A stretch of 64,000 bases of DNA from Chlorokybus atmophyticus (lineage: Eukaryota; Plantae; Mesostigma and Chlorokybus algae). Shown one piece after another: positions 50,147 to 62,150 of the stretch. The first letter of the stretch is position 1, and each line of letters starts with the position of its first letter. Position numbers and translations under genes: made by a program. Under the pieces are notes generated by a model, which was given only the letters and a program-made list of their open reading frames with translations, made no database searches and was not told the DNA's origin. The DNA lies in NCBI GenBank assembly GCA_009103225.1, contig RHPI01003009.1:369004-433003 (forward strand), read 5' to 3'.

Positions 50147-50155
50147 CTAGGGTTT
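50147..50155 (-). promoter_or_regulatory. Telo-box-like motif just upstream of the RRM gene ATG
   Basis: AAACCCTAG on the minus strand about 50 bp before the ATG at 50100, with an adjacent GGC repeat. Confidence 0.45.
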
Positions 50156-51190
50156 CACAGTTCAAGCTGAGCGCGCTTGTGCTGTCTAACAACCACCGTC
50201 GGTGATGCATTCATGTGGAACGACTATGAATTGATGATCATCTTCGAAGCTCATGTCGAAGATTCTTGCCTCAAGAGTCAAGAGTCAAGAACCATGGCCC
50301 TTTGGCTTGTTGATGTTTGAGATTGCATCTGTGACATGCAATGAACATACGCACAACATGGATACTGCAAGACGCATTATGTTTTTCATGTTCATCAGAA
50401 TTGGTAATACATTATATACGTCGCTTAATGCTCTTACATTTGCATCACGACAACACACATATGATGTGACATACACCATAACATTAACAACTTTTGTTGA
50501 AGTACAAGAAAGCCTCCCTAAATCAAAATGAAAGGCCCTTAAGCACACTGAGCACGACAGTAATGACCACTGAATAGACGCGATAAACATCAGCAGATAC
50601 TATGCACGATTTGCAAATGATATTTTTTCATAAGGAAACATTACACACGTGTTAAAAATGCTCGTTATGTGGTTTATAACTACTTGCATGTTTATTGTTA
50701 AAGCTCTGAGCTACGATGCTTTACTTACACGAATGATGTGTATACAAATTAACATCAACACGCTACCTACTATAAAAGAACAGTGGTATACATTGATAAA
50801 CATTGTCAATCTCACAGGCTCGTAGATCAACAATTACAGATATATAATAAAATTGGAAAAATTGTCAAGCTCATTGCGGTTGAACAATTTAGCAATTTGC
50901 TTGACGGATTATGCAATAGCATAACTTGTTAAGCTACAAACCTTACACCATAATATGGAATCATTTCATGACTATCGATGGGTATTTTATGGGTACTTTA
51001 TCAAACATTCAAAAGACGCAATCTGTAATGTAAATTTATAATCATTAATCTCAATGCATAACAAATTGATGTGATTGATTGCATCTGCATGTGCAGATAC
51101 CGTAGTGCCGAGAAATCTCTGAAAAATTGAAAATCAACTGTTGCCAAGCATTTTACAAACTTCTCATTGACTATTTAGCGGCTAGCAGTT

Positions 51191-52621
51191 TGCATCTATA
51201 ATGTGATTATGTATAAAAATGCATTGCTACGCAGGGTTTTCTCAAAATAGTAATCAACTTGCCGGTGCAAAATACAAAACAATCGTGGCACTGCGATATA
51301 TGAACATAATAAGTATATGTTAAAGAAAATGTTTACAAGTTTACACTTATCACGCCCCAAACGATGGCAAAAGTCACTGACTATCACGCCGAAAGGGCTG
51401 GCAAAAGTCCCTCTCATGTCCCTTACTTATGTGGTAAGTAAGAAGATTTGAGTGAGGATTCCGTGTAGGCAAGTTGTGTAGTACTTGGCACATGTTGTTA
51501 TGAAGTTAATTCTTGTGCACTTGGTGTGCAAGGGCATTGCAGCTACACATAGGCACTGTCTACTAGCAAGCACAGAGCTGGTCGGTGTCATATGTCCGCA
51601 TGTATATGTATATGCATGCATGTTTGCATATGAGTTTGTATATGCGGATGTAAGTGGTGTATGCATGTGTATGCATATGTCAGCATACAGTCTACCCCCT
51701 TTAAGAGCATACTGTTCATCCTCTGCTTTCATATGCTCTTGGCGGGGTAATTTTCTTGGCGTTTAAGAGAATAATATGCTCTTGGACTTCAAAAGCATAA
51801 TATGCTATAAATGCAATTTCAACAGGCCCATCACGCCCATCACGTCACGCTCGTCGCGCCGTCACGTCCATCACGCTGGCTGCGCGTCACATCTTGCCCA
51901 TTATGCCCTGATCGTCACGCTCATCAGGCCTCATGCCACACTCATGAAGTCTCCTCCCGCGATGTTGGGATATGCACACTCGAACTTGCAAGAATTTTAA
52001 TGAAAACAAATATGCTCTTCGCGGTTGGTCATATATTCTTAAGCACCAACATTTGCCTGTAAAACCATTGGTATTCTCACATTCTATGCTATAAGCGGGG
52101 TTATTCTCTTAGAGCGAAGTCTCTTAGCGGGGGTAGATTGTATGTATGAGGTCCCCGACTGATGTGACCAGCCTTGGGCGTTTACAATGTCCGAGGCTGA
52201 TGTGCGATCAGTCTTGGGCGTTTACACGATGTCATAGGGCTGATGTGGCAGCTTTCAGGTGTGAGTAGAGGTGAACGCAACCACGACAAGGCAAGTAGCC
52301 TTGGACTTGGTTGTTCTAGGTCGAAGAGCAGCTCGGCATGTGCATACTCGACTCTTGTGTGGGGTGCCTAGTTTAGTTGTTTAAAGGGCTCTCCATGTCA
52401 TCTCAAGTGGGGTGTATTGTTCGTGGCAGCTTTGCACTTGAGTGGGGTGTGCTTGGGTGTGTATGTGCTAAGTGGGGGGTTTGTTGTGCATCCTCTCCAT
52501 CCGGTTGCGGTGCTGATCATTCGTTCATTAAGGTGCCGCACTGTGGTGTGTTGTGAAAAAGTTCTTGTGCGTGTGCACAAGTATGTGACATACACGAGCT
52601 GATAGTGTGTCCCATGTTACA
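51191..52621. repeat. LTR-like direct repeat, copy A (contains a MITE insertion)
   Basis: Colinear with 55085-56059 (roughly 80-85% identity by eye) once 51688-52140 is removed; both copies end cccatgttaca. Confidence 0.85.
51688..52140. mobile_element. Tc1/mariner-type MITE (453 bp, ~20-bp TIRs, TA target duplication)
   Basis: Left end cagtctaccccctttaagag; reverse complement of the right end caatctacccccgctaagag. Flanked by TA…TA, while repeat copy B shows the empty site (gcaTAtgtatgagg). Confidence 0.85.
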
Positions 52622-53691
52622 TTAATCTCGGAGCTTGTTTTTAAGCCTTGCATGCTTGCCCATCAGCTTGTACACTTGCTATACGGCGCGTGTGTTGCAT
52701 TCTTTGCTTGCACGCTCTACATGGCAGTGTTTGCACGCTGATTGTGCATGTAGTTGATCTCACCAGCTGCACGCGCACTTGCATGCACAGTGTGGGTTGT
52801 ATTCACGCTAATTTGCACACCAGTAGTGTGCACTTTCGCTGCGTTTTGATGTGTGCACAGCTAAACTTGTGCGTGTGTGTGTGTGTTCAACATTACTCAT
52901 TACGTGTTTAGATGGACAATGAGAAGCATACACATTCACAAGTATGCACACCACAATAATACCAATGTCAAGGAAACGATACAGGACCTTAGCATATGCA
53001 CACTCCACATGGTGACTAGCGGCTGTACACCAACAAGAGAGTTCAAAAGTTCTGGAGAGTGTACAAGTCCGGGCTTTTATACCCGCCAGCTACACATGCT
53101 TCCACATGCTACACAAAGCCATTGCGTCTAGCAGGCTCAATTATGTTGCGCACTAAGTTGCTCCACGTAGCCAACTTCCAGAGATTTCCAACATGCCGCC
53201 ATGTATGCCATATGGCCAAGTAACCACCAAGCTACTAGCATTTTTCTAACCGCGCCTGAACCTTCCAGACTCATATCCGCGCCGCGCCTGGAGCCTTCTC
53301 TCGACTCATGTCCGCGCCTGGACATGCTCGAGTCTTTGCCTGGAACCTTCTAGCGGCTATTCCTATGTAGAGGGCAAGCAGACCAATTGACCTATTGACT
53401 TAGATGTAGGAATATCCTTAACACTCCAACGCAGGCAGCTTGATTTTCAACATTAGCTCCTCCGTTGCTGACGCACACCGCTTGCTCTCACGCAAGCCTT
53501 CACTTCTTCTCGCACCTCCATGCTTCTCATGGATGACTTTGTCCTTCACCTCCACAGCAACTTGACCCTCATGGTTGACCTCCAACCTTTCGCTTCTTGC
53601 TGTACATACCCATTGCCTTCATGCACCCGCTGCACCTGTCCTCGTTAACAGCGCCTTCGCCTCTAATATCAGCCCATGACTTTTCTAGCTC

Positions 53692-53911
53692 TCATCTTGC
53701 TCTCCACCACTTGCAGCTCCATCGGGCTCCGCAATCGCAACCTCTTTGTGCCTCCTTGTTGCTCATGACCTTGTGGTAATTTAAAAGCGCCATCCTCAAC
53801 CACTAGTCATCTTGCTCTCCACCACTTGCAGCTCCCACGGGCTCCGTGATCGCAACCTTCTTGTGCCTCCTTGTTGCTCATAACCGTGTGGTAAAAGCTC
53901 CATCCTCAACC
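53692..53911. repeat. Tandem duplication of ~115 bp inside the gag-only element
   Basis: tcatcttgctctccaccacttgcagctcc…catcctcaacc occurs at 53692 and again at 53807. Confidence 0.85.
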
Positions 53912-54152
53912 CTTGTCATTGCAGCAATCTTACGCACACCATGACCACCTTTATGTCCATGTCCACATGCTTCTGCGTTCAACTTTCAAGCTTCACGCCT
54001 CAAGGATGCTCATCACGCTCCCTTACATGCACCGTTAGCTCAGCACTCCACATGCTTCAACTAAAGTACCAAGCATTTTACCGTACTTCACCAAGGACTG
54101 CCCTTGCTCCCCTTCCCGGCAGGTCCATTACATACTTCACCGTGCTCGCTTC

Positions 54153-55034
54153 CTATGCGACAGGCTTGCCGTTGAACAGGTTGAGGCAGTTCACTACACG
54201 TTAGCCTTTCTCCCCAAACTTGAGACATAGTCTTGCTTTGAAGCGTGCATTCCTCAGCTCCACGCTGAATCTGAGGATGCTAATAGCAGGCTTCTTGTTG
54301 AATGGCTGCAAGGGCTGCTTGCCCTTGCCATCTGACGGCCAGGCTTGCGGCTGTTATTGCCAATGCCACTTCCCATTATGGGAGTGGACGAGCTCGAGGG
54401 CTGGTTGCCAACAATGGCCAACTTCCGTGCCTGATTGATCATGCGCTGGCTGTTGTCGTATCGCACAGCCGTGCGCTTCATCCGGTTATAGTCAGCACGC
54501 GTGAAGGACTAAATGCCCTCTTTGAAGGTCAACTGCTTTATCGTATCATCAAGCAAAGCCGCCCAGTACTTGTTCATCTTCTCGACCTCTGACAAGGGCA
54601 TGTCAGGGCCAACTTCGGCACACAGCGACTCGAAGTAGACCGTGAAATCCTCAATGGACTAGTTGGGCTTGACTTTCAAGCGTCTCAACTTGTCACGCGC
54701 CTTGTCTGACGGGTTCACATCCCCGTAGGCCTGCAACATAGCAATGTCAAACACATTAAGGCTTGCGACATCCTTGTCAGCAGCCTCAAGACGTGAGGAA
54801 GCCCCTTCCCACTTGCGGGCAGCACTTCCCCGCCAGTAGGATGCCAAAACTATTGTCTTAAAGCAACACCGTTTTTGCCTCAAGCCCAGGCTATACCTCA
54901 GCGGCATGCAACACACGCTTACAATTAGAGAGCCAGTCCCGCACGGCAACACCAAGATCCTTGCCCTTCCCATCATGGGCACCGGAGAAGAACTCCAAGC
55001 CTGGCATCATCTTATGGGTGTTTGCGACTGCCAT
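54153..55034 (-). pseudogene. Degenerate retrotransposon gag (retrotransposon-gag domain plus broken CCHC knuckle)
   Basis: MAVANTHKMMPGLEFFSG…VRDWL…YWRGSAARKW…YGDVNPSDKARDKLRRLKVKPN*SIEDFTVYFESL…RLCLKFGEKG*RVVNC, with stops and frameshifts. Confidence 0.8.
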
Positions 55035-55084
55035 CTTGGCTAGAGAAATTTAAAACATTGAAATCAGACATCAATTGCCGCCAA

Positions 55085-56059
55085 TGCATCTACATTGTAA
55101 TAGTGTATCAGAATGCATTGCTACGTAGGGTTTTCACGAAATCATAACTAATATAAGGGCCGGTGCAAAATACGAAACATTCGTGGCACTACGATATATA
55201 AACATGATAAGTATATATTAAAGAAATGTTTACAAGTTTACACTTGTCACGCCCAAACGATGGCGAAAGTCATTTACTGTCACGCCTAAAGGGCTGGCGA
55301 AATCCCTCTCATGTCCCTTATTTATGTGGTAAGTAGGAAGAACCAAGTAAGGGTTCCGTGTGGTCAAGTTGTGTAGTACTAAGCACATGTGCTCATGAAG
55401 TTAGTTCTTGTGCACTTGGTGTGCAAGGGCATTGTAGCTACACATAGGCACTGTTTATTACCGAGCACAGAGCTGGTCGGTAACATGTGTCCGCATGTAT
55501 ATGCATATGCATGTGTCCGCATATGAGTTCATATGTGCGGATATAAGTGGTGTATGCATGTGTATGCATATGTCCGCATATGTATGAGGTTTTAGACTAA
55601 TGTGACCATCCTTGGGCGTTTACAATGTCCGAGGCTGATGTGTGATCAGTCTTTGGCGTTGACAAGATCTCCTAGGGCTGATGTGGCAGCTGGGCGTGCG
55701 TAGAGGTGAACGCAACCACGACAAGGCAAGTAGCCTTGGACTTGGTTGTTCTAGGTCGAAGAGCAGCTCGGCATGTGCATACTCGACTCTTGTGAGGGGT
55801 GCCTAGTTTAGTTGTTCAAGGGTCTCTCCATGTCATCTTAAGTGGGGTGTATTGTCCGTAACAGCTTTGCACTTGAGTGGGGGGTGCTTGGGTGTGTATG
55901 AGCTGAGTGGGGGATTTGCTGTGCATCCATTTCATCCCGTTGCGGTGATGGTCATTCCTTCATCAAGCAGCTGCACCATGGTATGTTATGAAGATGTTCT
56001 TGTGCGTGTGCACAAGTATGTGACATATACGAGCAGATAAGTGTGTGTCCCATGTTACA
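55085..56059. repeat. LTR-like direct repeat, copy B
   Basis: Homologous to copy A; lies about 50 bp upstream of the gag ATG on the minus strand. Confidence 0.85.
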
Positions 56060-57646
56060 CTTACTTTAATGGTTAGCATGTGGCTGTGGATGCATGCATG
56101 CATATGAACTTTGGCCAGGTTACGGAGCTTGTGTACTGCTTGGTAACGATTTGGTAACAAGTTGCATACGATCGCGCTTTCAGGCTTCTCAAGAGTCTAA
56201 GGCACCTTACTACACAAGGCATTGGTATGTGTTAACACATCGCCAATTAATGTTTATCATGGCCATATAAGCCTGATGACACAGTGTTGAGACATTGCTT
56301 GCCATCTATGGTGACCCTGACCCCGTAAATAACCCTAGGTTGATGTTCTGTGATTGGTCAAGTTCAATATTGGACATGCTAGCGTTGCAAACGTACCATG
56401 AGCCTATGTTGATGTTTCCGAGGTGAGTACCAAGAGTTCTTATAAAAGGCACATGTCATGCGACAGGCCAGCGCACAATGACAAGGCTTTATTTTTGGAC
56501 ACTGTAGTGTCAAGTCGAAAGGGCATTGCGTGTCAAGCAAGTGAGTATGTAAGCTTGTATAAGCTTGGAATGGGCATCACGGTATGCAGTACTAGAAAGC
56601 CATCTATGTAAGGGGTGCCTAGCTTAACATTGTGCAAGGGGCCCTCCTCCTTACCATCCTTCTAGGGCGGTTGTATGATCGTGTGCTAGACGTCCTCACA
56701 CTTACACACGACGCAGACTGTGCGTGTGAGTACTTGGCGAGGGAAGATGTTGCAGAGGTGGGCGTCTTCTTCCTCCTTGACTCCTCCTAGCTGAAGTTGT
56801 AAGTCCTTATGGCTGTGCGGAAGTGTGCGGTGTCTACCAGCAAGTAGCTAAGTGTGGAAACGTCACAACACTTACAATTAATCCCATGTAACATGGCATT
56901 AACTACAAGTCTATTGCAGCGAAAGTCGCAATGCCTTGAGAGAAGTCATATGTAGGCAGCTGCTTGCTGCTGTGCACGCCTAGCTTGTGCTGCTGCTTGA
57001 AGGTCTGATGTTGGGCTAGTAGTGTTCAGTTAGCGTAAGTTGTGTATAGCTCTCATTTGGCCTCCATATAATGGCATGAATGCTTGTTGCTCTGCCCTAC
57101 TATCACCGACTTTGGGGTTTGCCTTGTGCAACTTTGGCCTTTGTGTGATATGTCTCATAGCCACTACATATAGATCAATTGACGGATAGTGGACATATTA
57201 CTTCCTTGCAGCATGCAACTTTTTTGACATCTGCATGAGAAACTGCGGGAAAACACGCGGAGCTGCAAAATTATACGGTATGTTATATCGTTGAAAAGCG
57301 GAATTGTAATTTTCATGCTATCATTTCACTTTTCATCTCACCATTAATCAAGCCCCAACATGTACATGTGTGTTCAGCCCCATAACTTAATTTCGCAAAC
57401 TCGTTTTCGGTCTTCATGTGGCATGTGTGATAAATCAGCTGTAGACAAGTCAACAACTGCGAGACAAATTATGTGTAATGTAGTATATATTACGTGACAT
57501 CACACATGTCGCCAATGGTTATGCATTCTGGCATACGTGTTAAGCGTCTATTCATGATATAAATAACAATTTTGCAAAAGCTTGTCATAATAAGAACTTG
57601 CTTCTCAAGAGTTACGCCACAACGCTACAGACTATGCATGTAATGC

Positions 57647-57782
57647 ATAAGTTGTACACAATTGTCCATAAAATATAGCATAAAGATGATAATGCCATGC
57701 CCTTATAACATTATGTATAAGTTGTACATGATTGTCCATAAAGTATAGCATGAAAATGATAATGCCATGCCCTTATAACATT
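57647..57782. repeat. Two tandem copies of a ~70-bp AT-rich unit
   Basis: ataagttgtaca…gataatgccatgcccttataacatt repeated at offset 70. Confidence 0.85.
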
Positions 57783-59596
57783 GAGTTCAACATGATATTA
57801 TTTTGTACATCAAAATGCATCAACGCGTTTAGATATGGACAGTGTTGTGTAACGTGTATAATGTATCCTAATATCACGTGTAGCATGGTTGAACCATACG
57901 CAAACGTTGAATGTTCCATACGTTACTCGATTGATAATTATTGCATATCATGATGATATAGGGTGTGCCACACTTTACATGATCACAAGTTAATTGTTAC
58001 CTCACTCACTTCAGACTGCGTAACCATTGATCGATCCACAAAAGAACTGACAATGACCCATCATGTACACGACATGTGTGCATAAAAGTCTTAGGATAGG
58101 GCATGAGATTCTTACACCTTCCAATCATTCTATTATAGGACTCATGCCATTGGACGTACTTGGACCTACTCATGGCGTGAGCAACGGTCAGTAACGCAAC
58201 GTTGTCCGACGACCTTGGAGAAAACTCTATCCCTTGCACCGAGGAGACCTTTTCCATGTACAGTGTAAGGCGAGACAGTTGTACGGAGTGCTCTTACAAT
58301 AGGCCTGTTTGGTACACATTACCTATTATGGTAAATCATTTGCCGTCAATGGTGGTACTCCATCACGCCGTCGAGAGACTGTGCGTCGTCGTGGTGGGTG
58401 ACCCATCGTGGGTCCCCAGTGCCGTGTGTAGCCGGTCCCCACTCAGCGGGACTTTCTACCCTGTAGCGCCGTTTGGCCAGCGGGTCCGACCCTCCCACGA
58501 GGCTCAAATTGGTCCCAATGCCACGCCCGTGGCCCACTTCGCCGCAGGAGGACACTGCTCGACTAGCTGCCACGGCACGACGAGGCGGCCACGCCGGCAG
58601 CGACGGCCAGCGCTGCGGCAAGGCAGCGCCGCAGCAAGCTAGGAGGCGTGTGACGGGGTGCTGACACACGTTGAAGTAGCTATGGCTGCCGCCGCCAACG
58701 TGCGAGCAAGCAGGTACTGTCTCTCACCATTGCTGCTGTCGCATGGTCTGTTGGAGCAAGCCAGTCAACTGAGCCCGCCCGTTGCCCAGCACACAGCTGA
58801 GGAAAGAGGCCGGTATGTTTGAGCTGATTCTGTGGTCCTCACCTTTGGTCTTACCGCTGGTCAGCTTGAAGTAGCAGCAACCTGCTTGCTGGCTGCGCAA
58901 GCAGGTTGCGCCGCCTGTATCAGCCTTAACTGCACTAGTATGCATGCTTGTTGTTGGTTGGGTCGTTGAAGACTTTTGCATGCCGTGCTTTCTATATGCT
59001 GCGCAGTGTAGCTAGCATGGTTTGAGATGCTGGGCATGTCTAGAGTTAGGCCATGCCGCCAACCAAGTGCCGCATAGCCATGTATTATGAGTCACTGCAT
59101 ACCACCAGCTCAGTCGCAGTGTGCCCTTCAAGGCATGTGATGTCAAGTAAAGGATGGCAGTTAGAAGGCTAGCCTGTAAGTGCAGTGCTGTCGCAAGGCA
59201 ACTCATAGATAGGTCGCTGCTCTGCAGCAAGTCATTGCTTTCCTGCCACCCTTTCCTTGGTGTGGTGATGGGTTGGCAGCTGGTCACGCTGCGTACTTGA
59301 GTTGATAGTTGTGTAGCAACTTGATAAGTTTGCATGTGATGGCTGACCAATGCAAGTCGGTAGAGGTAGCAAGTCTAGCTGGGTGAGCAGTGTCTGATGT
59401 TGGTGGTGGCAGGCGTCCCGGCCTTCACTTGGTGCGCCAATACCAGCAAGCTCATGCGATCAATGACACCGTGTATGCCCTTGCGTAAGCAGCAAGCCGT
59501 CAGGCAAAGATATGCATTTTTTCATTCAGAACTACCCTAAGCAAGGACTTGCGGTTTTCTGCAGGTTGAGCAGCAGTTGACAAACAAGCATAAAGC

Positions 59597-62150
59597 ATGC
59601 AATTGCAGCCGCAGCCAGCGCTGCTGGGCACGCTTCCAGCCACCTCTATCAGTCATGCTGCCTGCACAAGCAGACATGTTCTCAAGCACAACCAAGTCTC
59701 AAGATTTTTGCGCTTGAGAACCAGCAGCTTCACAGGCTGCCAGCTCAGACTGCCGCTTCGCACGAAGACAGCAGGTGTTATAGGACAGGTATGCCTTTCT
59801 TGACCTCTGATGTTGCAACATTGCCACCACTACAGTCCTCTGCGTCCATCCCGCTGACAGCTGTGTTGGTTACTTGAACACAAGCGTAGCGCAACTCCAA
59901 GGTCCTGTGCACGAAGTGCTGCCGAGCCAGGTAGTATGCTCGTGTACTGCAGGTCACAATGTGTTTGTTCTCATCGTTTCGCTTACAATTAAACACTGTA
60001 GCGCCGGTACGCGGTACACGTGAAGCAAAGCGTCGCACAACAATCTCAAAACAAAAAATCATACAGCTCAACATGCTGACGGAAGGTTATGCACGTGCTC
60101 GCAGCTATTTATGATAGTTTTGTGCTGCGTCCAGAAACAGGCTTGAATACCAAAGAAATACCAAGGCGGCCAGCATTTGGTTCAGAGTCTATCTTCTCTT
60201 CAACAACCGTGGAGCTAGGCCCATCCTGCCCAATCACAGTAACTATGCGCGTGGTGTACCCAACGGACCTGACTCAGCCTCCTCCAGCGCAGTGGTTTTT
60301 GCAAAAGCCTAGCGTAGCACGCCGCCCAGTTGTCATCTTTGCAGCTGGAGCTTTCTGCGAGTCGTACAGCTACTTCTGGCTTGCACGCCACTTGACCGAA
60401 GTCATCGGTGCAGTCGTAGTTCTACCGTTTTGCTTCCAGGTCAGTCTGGCTCATCATGTGCAGCACCTGTTGCATGTGGATGGGCAGGTGAAAGTAGTCG
60501 TGTCGGTGCCATAGGTGTGTGCTGATATGAAGTAGTTTTACAGTACACTGATTATAGTACACTCTATTGCAGACCGCGATGGGTGCTTGCTGTCCGCATG
60601 GCATTCCCAGCCTATACCTGTCAAATACGCCCATGACGTTTGAGGACTACATGGCGGGTGCCTCCACACCTGCGTTGCAATGCATTCTGGACACTTTGCA
60701 GCAGTTGAACGAGCAGCAAGGTTTGCATATGAACAAGAGCAAGTTGTTGGTCTGCTGCCTGCACAAACACATGCAATGCTGCACGCAGGTCCTCTGAATG
60801 GAGGGCTTGACCTAGAGCGGATAGCATTTGGCGGACACTCTGCTGGTGGAAAGACTGCTGTTGAGCATGCCAACAGCGAGATATTTCCTCAAGTGAAGGT
60901 ACCGCTTGCCGTGATGCCTTCTGAGTTTACGTGATGCCACACATTTACATTGGTGCACATGACAAGCACGCCTCCCCCCCCCCCNNNNNNNNNNNNNNNN
61001 NNNNNNNNNNNNNNNNNNNNNNNNNNNNNNNNNNNNNNNNNNNNNNNNNNNNNNNNNNNNNNNNNNNNNNNNNNNNNNNNNNNNNNNNNNNNNNNNNNNN
61101 NNNNNNNNNNNNNNNNNNNNNNNNNNNNNNNNNNNNNNNNNNNNNNNNNNNNNNNNNNNNNNNNNNNNNNNNNNNNNNNNNNNNNNNNNNNNNNNNCCCC
61201 CCCCCCCCCCCCTCCCCCCTCAACACAAACAGGCATGCACACAGTCACACGCGCTCATGCGCATGTGCTGCTAAACACGCATGTACATGCCCGTACACGC
61301 ACACATTGACACACGCATGCAGTAGCATGGTGCAGGTGCACACATGCATCCACGCGCGCAGCAGCTCTGGGCAGGCGCGCATATGCATGCACGCACTACG
61401 TGCGCATGTTCCTTCACGGTTGTGTTCATTTTGTCCAGGCAGCCTTCACGTACGGTGCAAGTTTCGTGACCAGCCCTGTGGCGGCTGTAACCCCATTCTT
61501 TGATGCGTGGAGCGTGCAACCGTTCTATCGCAACGGCTCCACATGTCCCATTCTGCTCATGGCTGGCACCAACGACGGCTTACGGGCATACACCACACTC
61601 CCTGGCACTGAAGACACCACCCCTACTGAGCGCAGCTTCGATGAAGGTTTGTGCGAGCAGTTTGGAAGGAGCAGCTGTGAAGTCTATTGCTGAAACATAC
61701 ACACACAGCTGCTTGCGCTCAACTTGCAGGTGTACCAGCTAAGCCGGCAGCTGCAGCGTACATTGCAGTACTACAAGGTGCCAACCACATGGTGGTTGCG
61801 CATCCCACCGACGACCATGTGTTTGCTGCGAGTGTTGATGAACAATGTGAGGGCGACCCGCAAGCGTTTAGAAACACAATTGCAGGTATGCCTTGTAACA
61901 GTATCTATGATCGCTGCGTTAAGTTTGACTTGAGCTCATGCAGGTTCTCGTCTTGCTGCATCTTCGCTGAAAACCTGACATTGTGGCTGTTTGTGTTGCA
62001 GAGCTGATCACTCTTTTCCTTGAAGCGCACCTTCTGCACGATGTTGATGTAACCGCTCAGAGCAGGCTTTGTAAGCTGCTCAGTAACCATGAAAAGCACA
62101 ACTTAGCTGCAGGTAAATGGAGAGGGGCAGATACGAGTAATGGTAGTTAG
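59597..62150 (+). CDS. Alpha/beta-hydrolase, chlorophyllase/cutinase-like, multi-exon (gap in one intron)
   Basis: RPVVIFAAGAF, nucleophile elbow LDLERIAFGGHSAGGKTA, acid PILLMAGTNDG, His YIAVLQGANHM; transit-peptide-like first exon. 5' and 3' ends uncertain. Confidence 0.75.

Noticed and set aside
55072-55084. Primer-binding site (TGGCGGCAAT on the minus strand) for the gag-only element
   Set aside because: I could not match it to a specific tRNA 3' end from memory, and similar sequence also occurs beside copy A, so it is not diagnostic.
58006-58330. SF1/Pif1 helicase C-terminal motif resemblance (SVQGIEF…VAHAMSRSK)
   Set aside because: Motif spacing looks too short, no upstream Walker motifs were found, and there is an in-frame stop upstream.
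58330-58990. CpG-rich ORFs (58202-58642 +, 58346-58669 -, 58724-58981 -)
   Set aside because: No recognisable domain; compositionally biased overlapping ORFs that may be promoter or TE DNA.
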